A stretch of DNA of 64,000 nucleotides. Source: Owenweeksia sp. GTDB lineage: Bacteria > Bacteroidota > Bacteroidia > Flavobacteriales > Schleiferiaceae. Shown piece by piece: positions 1 through 10,129 of this stretch. The stretch lies in assembly GCA_965229445.1 (NCBI GenBank), contig OZ245876.1:2128099-2192098 (forward strand), written 5' to 3'. A model generated the notes under the pieces. It was not told the DNA's origin and made no database searches. It was given only the letters and a program-made list of their open reading frames with translations. How positions within the stretch are numbered: position 1 is the stretch's first letter; the number at the start of each line of letters is the position of its first letter. The translations under genes were made by a program, and so were the position numbers.

Positions 1-579
1 TAAGTCACCCCAGGGTTGTTTGGTGAGATACTGGTCACAGAGTTCGCGCACGGTGTAGGATTCCTCCACATAGTTGGAATCAAATTGGATGTCATCCCCT
101 AAAACTTCAACCAATACATCCCTTACCCTGGTGGCACAATTATCATAGAAATAATCATAGAGATAATCTCTGTTCTGTGGTTGTGCATTCCAGAGTAGGT
201 ATTCGAATACTGCTTGCTTTTGGTTCTGATCAAGATCAAGGACCTGTTCATGAATAAAACGATTGTCGTCTACATAGGGTTCAGAAAAATCATAGTAGCT
301 GCTAACTGCCAAGCTATACAACAAGTGACCTCGGGTGAAATTCAGATAAAAATTAGGTTGATTGAAATCGAATACACCGTAGTTAAATACCAGATCAATC
401 TTATTTTCCATATCCCTAACATGAATTGCGCTGTGTCCGAAGGCGGAATACAATTCACCCTGATAGGGTCCACAGGTTACAATGCGAATTTGAGCCTTAG
501 GACTCAATTGCGGTTGAGCATGGAGGGAGTAAAACTGAAATATCAGAATTAAAAGGATGCCTATGGAAAATGCTCTCAT
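1..579 (-). CDS. DUF4105 / Lnb N-terminal periplasmic domain-like protein (partial, 3' end outside window)
   Basis: Not in the ORF track because it runs off the window edge. My minus-strand translation from the ATG (complement of 577-579) reads MRAFSIGILLILIFQFYSLHAQPQLSPKAQIRIVTCGPYQGELYSAFGHSAIHVRDMENKIDLVFNYGVFDF... It has a signal peptide plus the G..LYS.FGHSA and NYG.FDF motifs I associate with DUF4105. Confidence 0.6.
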   Translation of the reverse strand, partial: MRAFSIGILLILIFQFYSLHAQPQLSPKAQIRIVTCGPYQGELYSAFGHSAIHVRDMENKIDLVFNYGVFDFNQPNFYLNFTRGHLLYSLAVSSYYDFSEPYVDDNRFIHEQVLDLDQNQKQAVFEYLLWNAQPQNRDYLYDYFYDNCATRVRDVLVEVLGDDIQFDSNYVEESYTVRELCDQYLTKQPWGDL

Positions 580-602
580 TTCTAGGACAAAGATGATGAA
601 TC

Positions 603-635
603 AAAAAAAAATAGGTCGACGCATTGTCGACCTAT
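603..635 (-). terminator. Rho-independent terminator downstream of gap
   Basis: Minus strand reads AUAGGUCGAC-aaugc-GUCGACCUAU, a perfect 10-bp stem, followed by a run of 8 U. Confidence 0.75.
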
Positions 636-672
636 CCATACTATGTTTTTCCTTTTTTATCAATTAGAAATG

Positions 673-1668
673 TTAAAGTGCACTGATTCTCAGTCCTTCT
701 CTAATCATCTGACTGGTGTAGCCCCATTCATTATCGTACCAGCTTAGAATTTTAAGCATATCTCCATCAACCAATTGGGTACTAGTGCCATCAACGATTG
801 AACCACGTGTGTCCATGACTATGTCGGCAGAAACCAATTGCTCGTCACTAAAACCCATCACCTCTTTGTACCGGTCACTTTGGGATTCTTCTCTCAGTAC
901 ACTGTTAACTTTCTCCGCGGTAGTGTTGGTCTCCAGCAACATGGTTATATCAGTAATAGAACCCACGGGAACCGGTCCTCTCACTGACAAGCCATCAAAT
1001 TTTCCATCAAGCTGCGGCAATACCTTTGAGGTGGCTTTGGCAGCACCTGTAGTACTCGGAATAAAACTCAATGCTGCTGCCCGACCTCTGCGCTGTCTGT
1101 CGCTGAAGGTATCCACCAATGCTTGAGTAGATGTATAGGCATGAATGGTGTTCATCAGGGCTTTTTTAATCCCAAAATGACGTGAAATCACTTCCATTAC
1201 CGGAGCAATACAATTGGTTGTGCAACTGGCGGTTGAAAGGATTGATTCATCAGGATCCGCCTGGTTCACCCCATGAACCACAGTCGGAACATCCGGACTC
1301 TTTGCCGGCGCAGATAGAATGACCTTTTTAGCTCCGGCCGTTATATGCTTCTGCAGCGCCTCTCGTTTAGTAAAGATGCCGGTACATTCAAATACCAGGT
1401 CAATATTCAAATCTTGCCACGGCAGCGCCTCGGGATCCTTTTCACTCAAGTAGTTTATGGTGTGACCATCCACCTCAATATTACCGCTGAAACTCATTAA
1501 CGAACGCTGATATCTGCCATACACTGAATCGTACCTCAGCAAATACACCACATCATCCAGATTGGCCAGATCATTTACGGCCACCAGCTCAAATTCTTTC
1601 TGTTCTAATATAATTTTAAGGGCGGCTCTGCCGATGCGACCCATTCCGTTAATTGCTACTCTTGTCAT
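673..1668 (-). CDS. gap: Type I glyceraldehyde-3-phosphate dehydrogenase
   Basis: 331 aa. NAD-binding INGMGRIGR, catalytic ASCTTNCIAP and C-terminal WYDNEWGY hallmark motifs are all present. Confidence 0.95.
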   Translation of the reverse strand: MTRVAINGMGRIGRAALKIILEQKEFELVAVNDLANLDDVVYLLRYDSVYGRYQRSLMSFSGNIEVDGHTINYLSEKDPEALPWQDLNIDLVFECTGIFTKREALQKHITAGAKKVILSAPAKSPDVPTVVHGVNQADPDESILSTASCTTNCIAPVMEVISRHFGIKKALMNTIHAYTSTQALVDTFSDRQRRGRAAALSFIPSTTGAAKATSKVLPQLDGKFDGLSVRGPVPVGSITDITMLLETNTTAEKVNSVLREESQSDRYKEVMGFSDEQLVSADIVMDTRGSIVDGTSTQLVDGDMLKILSWYDNEWGYTSQMIREGLRISAL

Positions 1669-1769
1669 GCTTTTAAATTAAAAGAACAAAGTACGTAAAT
1701 GAATGGCGCAGTGATAAGGATATTAATCATCTTTCTCAATAAATATCCATGAACTATACCAGGTGCAGA

Positions 1770-2069
1770 CTAAACGATAGCTCTTAAGGCGGGAATTCCA
1801 TAAACAAAAAATCCTGCTACCAGCACACTTCCCATAACGCTTCCTGAGATAATAACCAGTGGGAGCCTCACCAAAGTTTTCAGTTTAGACCCAAGCAGCC
1901 TAATTAGAAGGAGCTTGCTTATTAAAATTCCCACAAAATAGAAGGCAAGGGCTAGCATATTTCCTGGTTCCAATATTCCTTTAAGGTGATAATTCCCATC
2001 ATCAATGTAGTATAGCAATACCGTCACCAAGAAGCTGCTGATCAGAAGAATTATGCTGGTGCCTTTCAT
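1770..2069 (-). CDS. Small integral membrane protein (about 3 TM), function unknown
   Basis: 99-aa ORF that is almost entirely hydrophobic helices. No overlapping better ORF and no family recognised. Confidence 0.4.
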   Translation of the reverse strand: MKGTSIILLISSFLVTVLLYYIDDGNYHLKGILEPGNMLALAFYFVGILISKLLLIRLLGSKLKTLVRLPLVIISGSVMGSVLVAGFFVYGIPALRAIV

Positions 2070-2138
2070 GGTTTCGAGATTAGATAAACCTAACGCAATG
2101 GGCTTTTATGTAGTATGCTGCCAGATGGTTCACGGGGC

Positions 2139-3116
2139 TTATTTGGGTGCAACGGCAGTTTGAACTACCTCATTTTCAACAGGCTCAAGGGAATTCAGAT
2201 ACTTATAAACCGCAACAATATCTACACTATCCATCTGGGTAAAAGCACCCCAGGGCATAGGAGAGTTCATATGCAGCCGACCTTTCTTCATACGCATGAA
2301 AAAAGTATTTAAGTCCCAATCATAGATGTGCCCGGTTTTAGGGTCTGGTGTGAGATTTGGTGCAATAAAGGTGTAACCTTGAGTCATATTATCCGGGCCA
2401 AAAGCCAAACCGCCTGCAAACTCCTCGCCGATGTATTCCCCGGTTTTCATATCTCTGTTCGTGTGACAACCATTGCAATTAGCCACGGAATTTGCGATGT
2501 ATGCTCCGTACTGAACGGTGGGCTCTTTCTTTATGGTATAAGGTATCCCATCTTTAGGCTCCCCTGGCTTTATGGCTCCCATAGCCTTAATCATTTTACC
2601 CAAAAACGAATACTTTACTTTTTTACTCGGGGCATTTACCGGTTCCAGGGTGCGCAGATAGGCAATGATGGAATAGATATCTTCATCAGACATATTCACA
2701 AAGGGCATAAAGTCTATACAAGCTTCGCCCCTATGGTTAATATTATATCTAAACATTCGGTAAAGTTCACCATCAGATAGCTTACCAATGCCAGTTTCCT
2801 CATCTGAGGTAATGTTGGGAGCATGGAAGCTTCCGGGAGGAATATCAAGTCCGAAGCCACCGGTTAGCGCCACTTCTTCCCCTGCCTCAACAAGATCCAT
2901 CTTTTCCATGGGTGCATGACAATGCGAACAATGTGCTGGCCCATTTGCCAGATACCTACCCCTTGCAATCATTTCTGCGGTAGCCTCCACTTCTAGTTCA
3001 GGAACCGGATAATCTTCAGAATAATCTTTGTTATAGCTAAACTGGACGAAGCTGGCAAAACCAGCAATAATTACCACCACCACAATAAGCAGTGTGATCA
3101 ATACTTTTTTCCACAT
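2139..3116 (-). CDS. Membrane-anchored dihaem c-type cytochrome
   Basis: 325 aa with an N-terminal TM helix (LITLLIVVVVIIAGFASF) and two CxxCH haem motifs (CSHCH, CNGCH). Confidence 0.8.
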   Translation of the reverse strand: MWKKVLITLLIVVVVIIAGFASFVQFSYNKDYSEDYPVPELEVEATAEMIARGRYLANGPAHCSHCHAPMEKMDLVEAGEEVALTGGFGLDIPPGSFHAPNITSDEETGIGKLSDGELYRMFRYNINHRGEACIDFMPFVNMSDEDIYSIIAYLRTLEPVNAPSKKVKYSFLGKMIKAMGAIKPGEPKDGIPYTIKKEPTVQYGAYIANSVANCNGCHTNRDMKTGEYIGEEFAGGLAFGPDNMTQGYTFIAPNLTPDPKTGHIYDWDLNTFFMRMKKGRLHMNSPMPWGAFTQMDSVDIVAVYKYLNSLEPVENEVVQTAVAPK

Positions 3117-3393
3117 GATAGATAGTTTGGTTGTATTAGTTGAGAACTAATATATTAATCATATAAATTCAAAGCAACTAAAGTGCTCTTATTGTGCTAA
3201 ATATGACGACCAGCAGCGAGACTTTCAGAAGGCTCGAGGGTGAGGAAAATCGTTTTAAATACTGTGAATCCGGCAAAGCCAAAGCCCCTGGTACAAGGAT
3301 TTAATAGAATTGTTGACGGAAGTCAGGCTCATTTATGACCTCAATCAACCTGCAGATAAAGTTCTATTGTAATTTAGTGGAAACTTAAACAAT

Positions 3394-3783
3394 ATGGATT
3401 ACCGTAAATACTATAATGAACTGGGTAAATTACTTTATGCCGTAGCCAATGTTGATGGGAGCATACAGCAAAAAGAAGTTGAAGAGGTACATAAGGTAGT
3501 TAAGGAGGAATTGCTGCAATTGGAGAATAGCATAGATGATTTCAATACTGACGCCGCCTTTTTTACCGAGTTTGAATTTGATTACCTGCGAGAAGAAAAT
3601 ACAACCAGTTCCGAAGACTTATTATCATCCTTCAAGGAATATTTAAAAAATACCCCAGAGCTCACACCTGGTTTAAAAGAAGCTGCCAGGCATGCAGCTG
3701 AGCGCGTGGCCCGCAGCTTTGCCGGAATTAATAAGCAGGAGGAAGACTTTCTCCGAAAACTGGATGAGGCACTTGAAGCTTAA
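3394..3783 (+). CDS. TerB-like (tellurite-resistance TerB / DjlA N-domain fold) small protein
   Basis: 129 aa. The N-terminus LGKLLYAVANVDGSIQQKEVEEV resembles the TerB-family acidic helical motif. This is a recollection-based assignment only. Confidence 0.4.
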   Translation: MDYRKYYNELGKLLYAVANVDGSIQQKEVEEVHKVVKEELLQLENSIDDFNTDAAFFTEFEFDYLREENTTSSEDLLSSFKEYLKNTPELTPGLKEAARHAAERVARSFAGINKQEEDFLRKLDEALEA

Positions 3784-4639
3784 GGTGGAGCCTCAGAATA
3801 CATCCAGGGCTCAAAAGTTATCTCCTCTAATTGAAGCGGGAGCACTTAAAACCATACTTGGCAGTAATGCCCTGGTCATTATTGATGCAAGACAGGGAGC
3901 TGATGCCTATGATCACTATCTACACAAGCACATAGCGGGCGCGCTATGGATGGATTTGGAAAAAGACCTGGCCACTCCGCTTAATCCTGAAAATGGAGGC
4001 AGACATCCCCTCCCTAGCGTTACAGAATTCACAGCCACTTTAGGAAGTTTGGGCATAACCCCCCAATCTCGCATTATCATTTATGATGAGCAGAGTGGTG
4101 CTATGGCTTCTGCCCGACTCTGGTGGATGCTCCGTGCCATCGGTCATGAGCAAGTGCAGGTATTAAACGGTGGCTTAAAAGCTGCTGAAAAGATGAGCTT
4201 GCCGTTGCGTGGCGGCGTAGAAAACTCAAATCCTGCCCCGCCTTATCCCATTTCAGAATGGCAGCTACCCCTTGCGGATTTTGAAGAGGTACAAGGGCTA
4301 TCAGAATCTGGAAAGGGATTAATAGTTGATGTAAGATCACCAGCTAGATATGCTGGAAAGGCCGAGCCTATAGACCCGGTTGCAGGACATATACCAGGCT
4401 CCGTTAATATTCCTTTTCAAGAAAATCTGGATCAGAATGGTCGGTATCTGAACCCCGATGTTTTGAGAGAAAATTATCTTTCTTCACTGACCGGCCACGT
4501 ACCGGAGGATCAGGTATTTCACTGCGGGTCTGGAGTTACAGCTTGTCATAGTTTGTTGGCATTGGATTATGCCGGATTGCCTCTGCCAAAACTTTATATA
4601 GGCTCATGGAGTGAGTGGTGTAGGAGAGTTGAAGGCTAA
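3764..4639 (+). CDS. sseA: Tandem-rhodanese sulfurtransferase (3-mercaptopyruvate/thiosulfate sulfurtransferase-like)
   Basis: Active-site loop HCGSGVTACH and a two-domain length. The track ORF starts at 3692, inside the upstream gene. In-frame ATG 3764 or GTG 3785 (giving 284 aa) are more plausible starts. Confidence 0.8.
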   Translation: MRHLKLKVEPQNTSRAQKLSPLIEAGALKTILGSNALVIIDARQGADAYDHYLHKHIAGALWMDLEKDLATPLNPENGGRHPLPSVTEFTATLGSLGITPQSRIIIYDEQSGAMASARLWWMLRAIGHEQVQVLNGGLKAAEKMSLPLRGGVENSNPAPPYPISEWQLPLADFEEVQGLSESGKGLIVDVRSPARYAGKAEPIDPVAGHIPGSVNIPFQENLDQNGRYLNPDVLRENYLSSLTGHVPEDQVFHCGSGVTACHSLLALDYAGLPLPKLYIGSWSEWCRRVEG

Positions 4640-4758
4640 AGGTGAAAAGCGCATACAGGGTAATGATTATTGATGAATGATAAGTGAAAATAAGAGTAGC
4701 CTTGACCGATTAACTTCCATACACCCCTATTCCAAGGCCTGGCTATTATATCCTGCTC

Positions 4759-4948
4759 CTTCCTTTTCCATTGATGAAAAGGAAGCAAAAATCTAGAGCA
4801 TTTTAAGAAAGCTTTGCTGCGCAAACCGCCGTCAAAGCTTGGCTTCATGCTCCTTCAGCCTTCGGCTGACGCAATTTCGCCTGCTTTGCCGCTGGTTATG
4901 AAAAATGCCCGGTTTTACTCTGAGTTTACCACGTAAAACGTGGCAGGC
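4759..4948. repeat. 190-bp structured intergenic repeat, copy 1
   Basis: Aligns without gaps to 5227-5416 with 9 mismatches by hand count. Contains hairpins CTTCCTTTT-N9-AAAAGGAAG, CAGCC-TTCG-GGCTG and CCACGT-AAA-ACGTGG. Confidence 0.85.
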
Positions 4949-5226
4949 ATACGACTCATGTGGTTCAATACTTAGAACGTGAAAGGTTCCGTGAAAGGCA
5001 ATGGGCACCACAGGAAATGTCACATTGAGCGGAGTCGAAATGGACATTTCCCAGTTCAGAAAGAGCCATTGTCCTTAGGTAAAACACAATTCACGACGAG
5101 CACGTGGCAGAAGCATGAAGAACGCAGCAAGTCCAGTCATCCATTACATTGTCAAATTAATCACATTAACCACATTGGCATCACGTAAAACCTGACAAGC
5201 CCATCACCCGTCATTGGTTCTTCTGT

Positions 5227-5416
5227 CTTCCTTTTCCATTGATGAAAAGGAAGCAAAAATCTAGGTCATTTTAAGAAAGCTTTGCTGCGCAAACCGCGGT
5301 CAAAGCTGGGCTTCATGCTCTTTCAGCCTTCGGCTGACACAATTTCGCCTGCTTTGCCGCTGGTTATGAAAAATGCCCGGTTTTACTCTGAGATTACCAC
5401 GTGGAACGTGGCAGGC
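5227..5416. repeat. 190-bp structured intergenic repeat, copy 2
   Basis: Same element 468 bp downstream in the same orientation. Two of the substitutions fall in a hairpin loop (AAA to GGA) and leave the stem intact. Confidence 0.85.
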
Positions 5417-5943
5417 TAACGAACACTTCATGCTTCGGTAGACAGGCAGCCAGGCTTTAGGTCTAACCGCAGCTTAATTCTAAATAAATATTATTCTTTT
5501 ACTCCCGCACCAGGCTGTGCATTGGTTCGTGAAGGCCTAATCCAATTTTTTTTGGCAAAATCCGGGAGATAGTTCGCGTGGATAGCGATTATTATTCCGC
5601 CCTTTGGCAGATATTGCCTTTGAAATAATGCTGAATATCAATACCTTGATACTGGGGACAGCGGGAGCTGGCCCCTGGGGCGTTCACCAATTAACATTTT
5701 CTGTTACACCTCTCTTTAGAAGAAGTTCGAACTCTAATCAATTCCCTGTAATCGATCGTTCTCTAATTAATCTAAGCCGGCCGGCGAACCTCATTAAGAT
5801 GGGTAAGCCGCTCCAAAGGTGGTTTACCATATTTCACTCTTAGTTTTAACTCCCTCCCAATGTTGCCCATTGATTTTCGGATAGTTTAGTTTATAGAAAA
5901 CTATACCTTTAAATCTAAATAACATCCTTAAATCCAATTGACT

Positions 5944-6402
5944 ATGAAACCTAAACTAGTTTCACTAACGCTCCTTATGCTCGCAGCATGGTTGGTTTTT
6001 GCCTTTAACCCCACGCTCAACCACCAGATAATTCCTGCCAAATCGGGTATCGTCAAAGCCAAAGTAGATGGTAAAGCGTGGCAGGGTGAAAAATTTGAAT
6101 TGGCGATGCAGGTAGCCGGGCAGCTTCACATTGAGGCTATGGCGGAAGACGGCACCGGTATTAAATTAGCTCTATTTGGTGCTGACAAGCCCGGTACCAT
6201 TAAGGTAGGAGCCGGAAATATGAGTATATGCGCCTATCTCACTCCCGATAAATCATATATGTCTAATGTGTTGACCAAGCCCGGTGTGGTGGAATTAACT
6301 GAAGTATCAAGTTCGGGAGCTAAAGGCACATTTGAATTTTATTGTGGGGATGACAAAACTCAGATTCACGTTACCGAGGGTAGTTTTGATGTGAAGTTTT
6401 AG
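5944..6402 (+). CDS. Secreted hypothetical protein
   Basis: Signal-peptide-like N-terminus (KLVSLTLLMLAAWLVFAF) in a beta-rich, ~150-aa protein. ATG 5944 is preferred over the track's TTG 5938. Confidence 0.5.
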   Translation: MKPKLVSLTLLMLAAWLVFAFNPTLNHQIIPAKSGIVKAKVDGKAWQGEKFELAMQVAGQLHIEAMAEDGTGIKLALFGADKPGTIKVGAGNMSICAYLTPDKSYMSNVLTKPGVVELTEVSSSGAKGTFEFYCGDDKTQIHVTEGSFDVKF

Positions 6403-6724
6403 AGCTACCCCAAGTTATATTCCTCACGAAATCCGGGCGATCATAACCTTAGTTGCCAGTGCGGCCAAATGCTGATGGATAGCCTCGCAATGCCCCGTAC
6501 CGGTGCAAAGCTCTCCTTATGTTATCAATGAAAAGTGTATTTCTCACCGAGAGCGATGATTGGAAGGTAGAAGACTAAATACATCCTTTGGGCTTGAATA
6601 GGCACCGCTCACCAAGAGATGAACAACGAATGAAAAACATGGCCTGACCATTGGATTCCTTACACACTAAGTAAACATACCAGGTAAGCGTCGGACCCTA
6701 TTTTTCATTCAATTGTTACCACAC

Positions 6725-8356
6725 TTATGCAACGGTTCTTAATTTCTTTCCACCAGTATCATTGGTCGAATTATCCTTGAATTGATTAGAGGTATTCTTG
6801 GTTCCTCCGGCTTTCAAGGCTTTTTCGCCGGCGAAACATGTTTTGTGATCGTCTCCGAGATCAGATCCGGCCATCCATTGATGTTTAACACAGGAAACTC
6901 CTTTTCTGATTTCTTGTCTTTGCACTCCTCTCACGTACGCCAACATTCCCTCTTCTCCAAAATAACCTTCGGTAAGATCATTCATGTGGAGCGCGGTAGT
7001 ATGATAAGTTGGTAAGGTGATCAAGTGATGGAATATACCGGCTTCTCTGGCACCATCTCTTTGGAAAGTTTTGATTCTCTGATCAGCGCGATAGCTCAAT
7101 TCCGTACCATCATACTGAGGATCCATCAAATTATTCCGGTCGTAAGCAGTCATATTCTCCCCTTCTTCCAGCATGGCTTCATAAGCTTGCTTGCGGAAAT
7201 TTAATGTCCAATTAAAGGACGGAGAGTTATTGTATACCAGTTTGGCATTGGGCACAACCTCTCTCACCCGGTTCACCATATGTGCAATTTGCTTCAGGTC
7301 TGGAGTTGGCGTTTCTATCCATAGCAAATCCGCTCCATTTTCCAGACTGGTGATACAATCAAGCACCACTCTATCAATATTTGAATTGCTCTTAAACTTA
7401 TAAAGGCCATTGGGCAATCTCACCGGACGAACCAGCTTGCCATTTCTCTTGAGCAGCACATCGTCTTCCTTGGCATCCTCAATAGCGATCTCTTCAGCCT
7501 CCACAAAAGCCAGGTATTGAGAAGCCAGATCTCCAGGCTTTTGACTAACCGGTAATTTTTGAGTCAGTCCGGCGCCTTCGGAATCTGTTCTGGCCACAAT
7601 AATTCCATTATCAATACCTAATTCGAGAAAGGCATATCTAACCGCGTTTAGTTTAGCGATGAAGTCTTCGTGAGGTACGGTGACCTTTCCGTCCTGATGC
7701 CCACACTGTTTGGCGTCAGATACCTGATTCTCAATCTGTATGGCACATGCCCCCGCCTGAATCATTTTTTTGGCCAACAAATAGGTGGCTTCTTCATTGC
7801 CAAAACCCGCATCGATATCGGCAATTATGGGTACGATATGCGTTTCAAAGTTATCGATCTCATCCTGCACGTCCTCCCCATTCTCTAGTCTTCTAAAAAG
7901 GTCATTCAATTCTACGGCATCTGCCTGACGCAGAAATTCATAGATCTCAGCGATCAGTTCTGGTACGGCAGTTTTTTCATGCATAGACTGATCCGGTAAG
8001 GGGCCAAATTCAGAACGCAAGGCGGCCACCATCCAACCGGAGAGGTACAGATAACGCTTACTGGTTGTATGATGATGTTTCTTAACGGCAATCATATTTT
8101 GTTGCGCTACAAATCCATGCCAGCAACCCAGGGATTGGGTATAGTTTGATGGATCAGCATCGTAAGCTGCCATATCAGCTCTCATGATGTCGGCCGTATA
8201 TTTAGCTATGTCCAAGCCGGTTTTAAAACGATTTTGTGTCAGCATTTTTGCCGCATTTTCAGGATTTACGGCATGCCAGCTGTTGCCATACTTAGCTTTC
8301 AAGTTGCGTACAGTTTCCAGAGCTGAACTGTATTTGCTTTGGGTTAAGTTTTTCAT
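6725..8356 (-). CDS. aceA: Isocitrate lyase (long ~540-aa form)
   Basis: KQCGHQDGK, close to the ICL signature KKCGH. Also ARTDSEGA, WIETPTPDL and YNNSPSFNW motifs. Confidence 0.93.
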   Translation of the reverse strand: MKNLTQSKYSSALETVRNLKAKYGNSWHAVNPENAAKMLTQNRFKTGLDIAKYTADIMRADMAAYDADPSNYTQSLGCWHGFVAQQNMIAVKKHHHTTSKRYLYLSGWMVAALRSEFGPLPDQSMHEKTAVPELIAEIYEFLRQADAVELNDLFRRLENGEDVQDEIDNFETHIVPIIADIDAGFGNEEATYLLAKKMIQAGACAIQIENQVSDAKQCGHQDGKVTVPHEDFIAKLNAVRYAFLELGIDNGIIVARTDSEGAGLTQKLPVSQKPGDLASQYLAFVEAEEIAIEDAKEDDVLLKRNGKLVRPVRLPNGLYKFKSNSNIDRVVLDCITSLENGADLLWIETPTPDLKQIAHMVNRVREVVPNAKLVYNNSPSFNWTLNFRKQAYEAMLEEGENMTAYDRNNLMDPQYDGTELSYRADQRIKTFQRDGAREAGIFHHLITLPTYHTTALHMNDLTEGYFGEEGMLAYVRGVQRQEIRKGVSCVKHQWMAGSDLGDDHKTCFAGEKALKAGGTKNTSNQFKDNSTNDTGGKKLRTVA

Positions 8357-8424
8357 GATAACGAGTTTACTTAGTGTTAAGGTTTATATGTAATTAGCTA
8401 GTTGTTTCTTTTGCTGAGTGATGA

Positions 8425-10023
8425 CTATATATATTGGTAAGCAGGTAGCGTCAGGAATTCTTCAAACTCTTCGGCTAGCACCAACTTGTTGAACAATTCA
8501 AAAGCCAGATCGAGCTTGCTGTTCTTATAGTTTTCCTCTCCATAAAGTGCTTTTATCCCGGCCACTTCATCTTCAAATAATTGCTGATACAATTCACGGT
8601 TAAAGCTTCTACCGTCTTCGAGTACCACCTTGTTTTTTAGCCACTGCCACAACTGGGTGCGGGATATTTCGGCAGTAGCCGCGTCTTCCATCAAATTGTA
8701 AAGAGCAACGGCTCCATTACCCCTGAGCCAGGCTTCCATGTACAGGATACCGACATTGATGTTTTTTCGCACACCTGCTTCGGTAACAGTTCCTTGCGGA
8801 AGTTCTACCAGATCTTCTTCTGTTATATTTACATCATCACGAGTGACGTGCAGTTGATTGGGAGTTGGCATATGCTTATTAAACTCCTCCATGGCTACCG
8901 CTACTAGTGCGGGGTGAGCAACCCATGTTCCGTCATGTCCGTTTATAGCTTCCCGCTCCTTGTCCTTTCTAACTTTCTCCAATGCTGCGGCGTTGGCCTC
9001 TTCATCATTCTTAATGGGGATCTGAGCGGCCATACCTCCCATGGCGTGAATGCCGCGTTTATGACATCGCTGAATCACCAATTTGGAGTAGGCATCCATA
9101 AAAGGAGTGGTCATCGTAACCTGATCGCGGTTTGGCACTACAAAATTGGGGTGGTTTCTAAGCTTCTTGATGTACGAAAAGATATAATCCCAACGTCCAC
9201 AGTTTAATCCTACAATATGATCTTTCAACTCATAGATAATCTCATCCAGTTGAAAGCTAGCGGTGATCGTTTCAATTAAGACCGTCGCTTTAAAAGTACC
9301 GGCTGGAATACCCAAATATTTTTGGGCAAAAAGAAAAACATCATTCCACCAACGAGCTTCTGTGTAGTGCTCTAACTTAGGCAGATAGAAGTATGGCGCG
9401 GTACCGCTGGCCAGCATGGTTTTGGTATTGTGAAACACGTACAGTCCAAAATCTACCAAACTGCCTGAGGCCACCTGATTGTTTACTAAGAGATGTCTTT
9501 CGTTGAGATGTAATCCTCTGGGTCTAACCAATAGAACCGCAGTGTTCTCATTTAGCCGGTACGACTTACCGCGAGCGGCATCATCCAGGGAGATCGTTTT
9601 TTTGTTGGCATCAATTAAGTTTTGTTGCCCTTGCATGGCGTTGTCCCAGGTTGGAGAGTTACTATCCTCTAAATCAGCCATGAAAGTTTTAGCTCCTGAA
9701 TTGAGAGCGTTAATAATCATCTTTCGATCTACCGGACCAGTAATTTCAACACGACGGTCCAGCAGGTCAGAAGGAATGCTTTCAGCGGTCCAGTCTCCCT
9801 CTCTTATACTTTGTGTTTCGGGTGGAAATACAGGAAAGCCACCTTGATCAAAAACCTCTTGTTGTTTATCTCTTTTAGCCAGCAGTTCTAACCTTCTGGC
9901 ATTAAAATTTTCATGCAAGAGTGCAATAAACTCCAGAGCTTCATCGGTGAGAATGTTCGGATAATGATGAGTAGCCGATTGAGCAAATTGTATCTGATGC
10001 TTTGTGGTTAGGGTATTTTCCAT
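8425..10023 (-). CDS. aceB: Malate synthase A
   Basis: KDHIVGLNCGRWDYIFS matches the malate synthase signature. About 530 aa. ATG at 10023 (MENTLTT...) is preferred over the track's TTG at 10047. Confidence 0.93.
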   Translation of the reverse strand: MENTLTTKHQIQFAQSATHHYPNILTDEALEFIALLHENFNARRLELLAKRDKQQEVFDQGGFPVFPPETQSIREGDWTAESIPSDLLDRRVEITGPVDRKMIINALNSGAKTFMADLEDSNSPTWDNAMQGQQNLIDANKKTISLDDAARGKSYRLNENTAVLLVRPRGLHLNERHLLVNNQVASGSLVDFGLYVFHNTKTMLASGTAPYFYLPKLEHYTEARWWNDVFLFAQKYLGIPAGTFKATVLIETITASFQLDEIIYELKDHIVGLNCGRWDYIFSYIKKLRNHPNFVVPNRDQVTMTTPFMDAYSKLVIQRCHKRGIHAMGGMAAQIPIKNDEEANAAALEKVRKDKEREAINGHDGTWVAHPALVAVAMEEFNKHMPTPNQLHVTRDDVNITEEDLVELPQGTVTEAGVRKNINVGILYMEAWLRGNGAVALYNLMEDAATAEISRTQLWQWLKNKVVLEDGRSFNRELYQQLFEDEVAGIKALYGEENYKNSKLDLAFELFNKLVLAEEFEEFLTLPAYQYI

Positions 10024-10073
10024 GGTTTTTAATGTTTGGCAAGACAATAATAGAAAAAGATTTTAGAAAAACA

Positions 10074-10087
10074 AGCGAACGTTCGCT
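10074..10087. promoter_or_regulatory. Perfect 14-bp palindrome AGCGAACGTTCGCT in the aceB/regulator divergent intergenic region (candidate operator)
   Basis: Read directly. It is flanked on both sides by AAAAAC(A/G) and lies between the aceB start (10023) and the regulator start (10130). Confidence 0.45.
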
Positions 10088-10112
10088 AAAAACGTCTTTT
10101 CGCAAGTTTTAC

Positions 10113-10120
10113 TACTTTTG
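10113..10120 (+). promoter_or_regulatory. Bacteroidota -7 box (TACTTTTG) for the regulator gene
   Basis: Matches TAnnTTTG. It lies 10 nt upstream of ATG 10130, which implies a very short leader and argues against the TTG 10118 start. Confidence 0.35.
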
Positions 10121-10129
10121 GCCGCAGCA

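Noticed and set aside
214-552. 112-aa plus-strand ORF from the track
   Set aside because: It lies entirely antisense to a much better minus-strand reading frame, the DUF4105-like protein, which has a signal peptide and family motifs. Its own translation is low-complexity with no motif.
785-1126. Antisense ORFs inside well-supported genes. Examples: 785-1126, 2328-2780, 9479-9847, 25085-25555, 30221-30589, 47926-48309, 58834-59373
   Set aside because: Each lies fully within a longer ORF that has clear family motifs on the opposite strand. Their compositions are typical of antisense frames.
3692-3763. N-terminal extension of the rhodanese ORF overlapping the TerB-like gene by 92 nt
   Set aside because: The extension adds a non-homologous Ala/Pro/Arg-rich segment. 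In-frame ATG 3764 or GTG 3785 give a normal-length sulfurtransferase.
4759-5416. CRISPR array (also considered for 41894-42204)
   Set aside because: Repeat units of 190 and ~140 bp are far too long. There are only 2-3 copies, either contiguous or separated by 278 bp, with no spacer-like periodicity and no cas genes.
5604-5880. 79-aa plus-strand ORF and a 32-aa minus-strand ORF (MGNIGRELKLRVKYGKPPLERLTHLNEVRRPA), possibly a gene remnant
   Set aside because: I recognise no family motif. The frames are broken by stops on both strands. It may be a decayed gene, but that cannot be supported from sequence alone.
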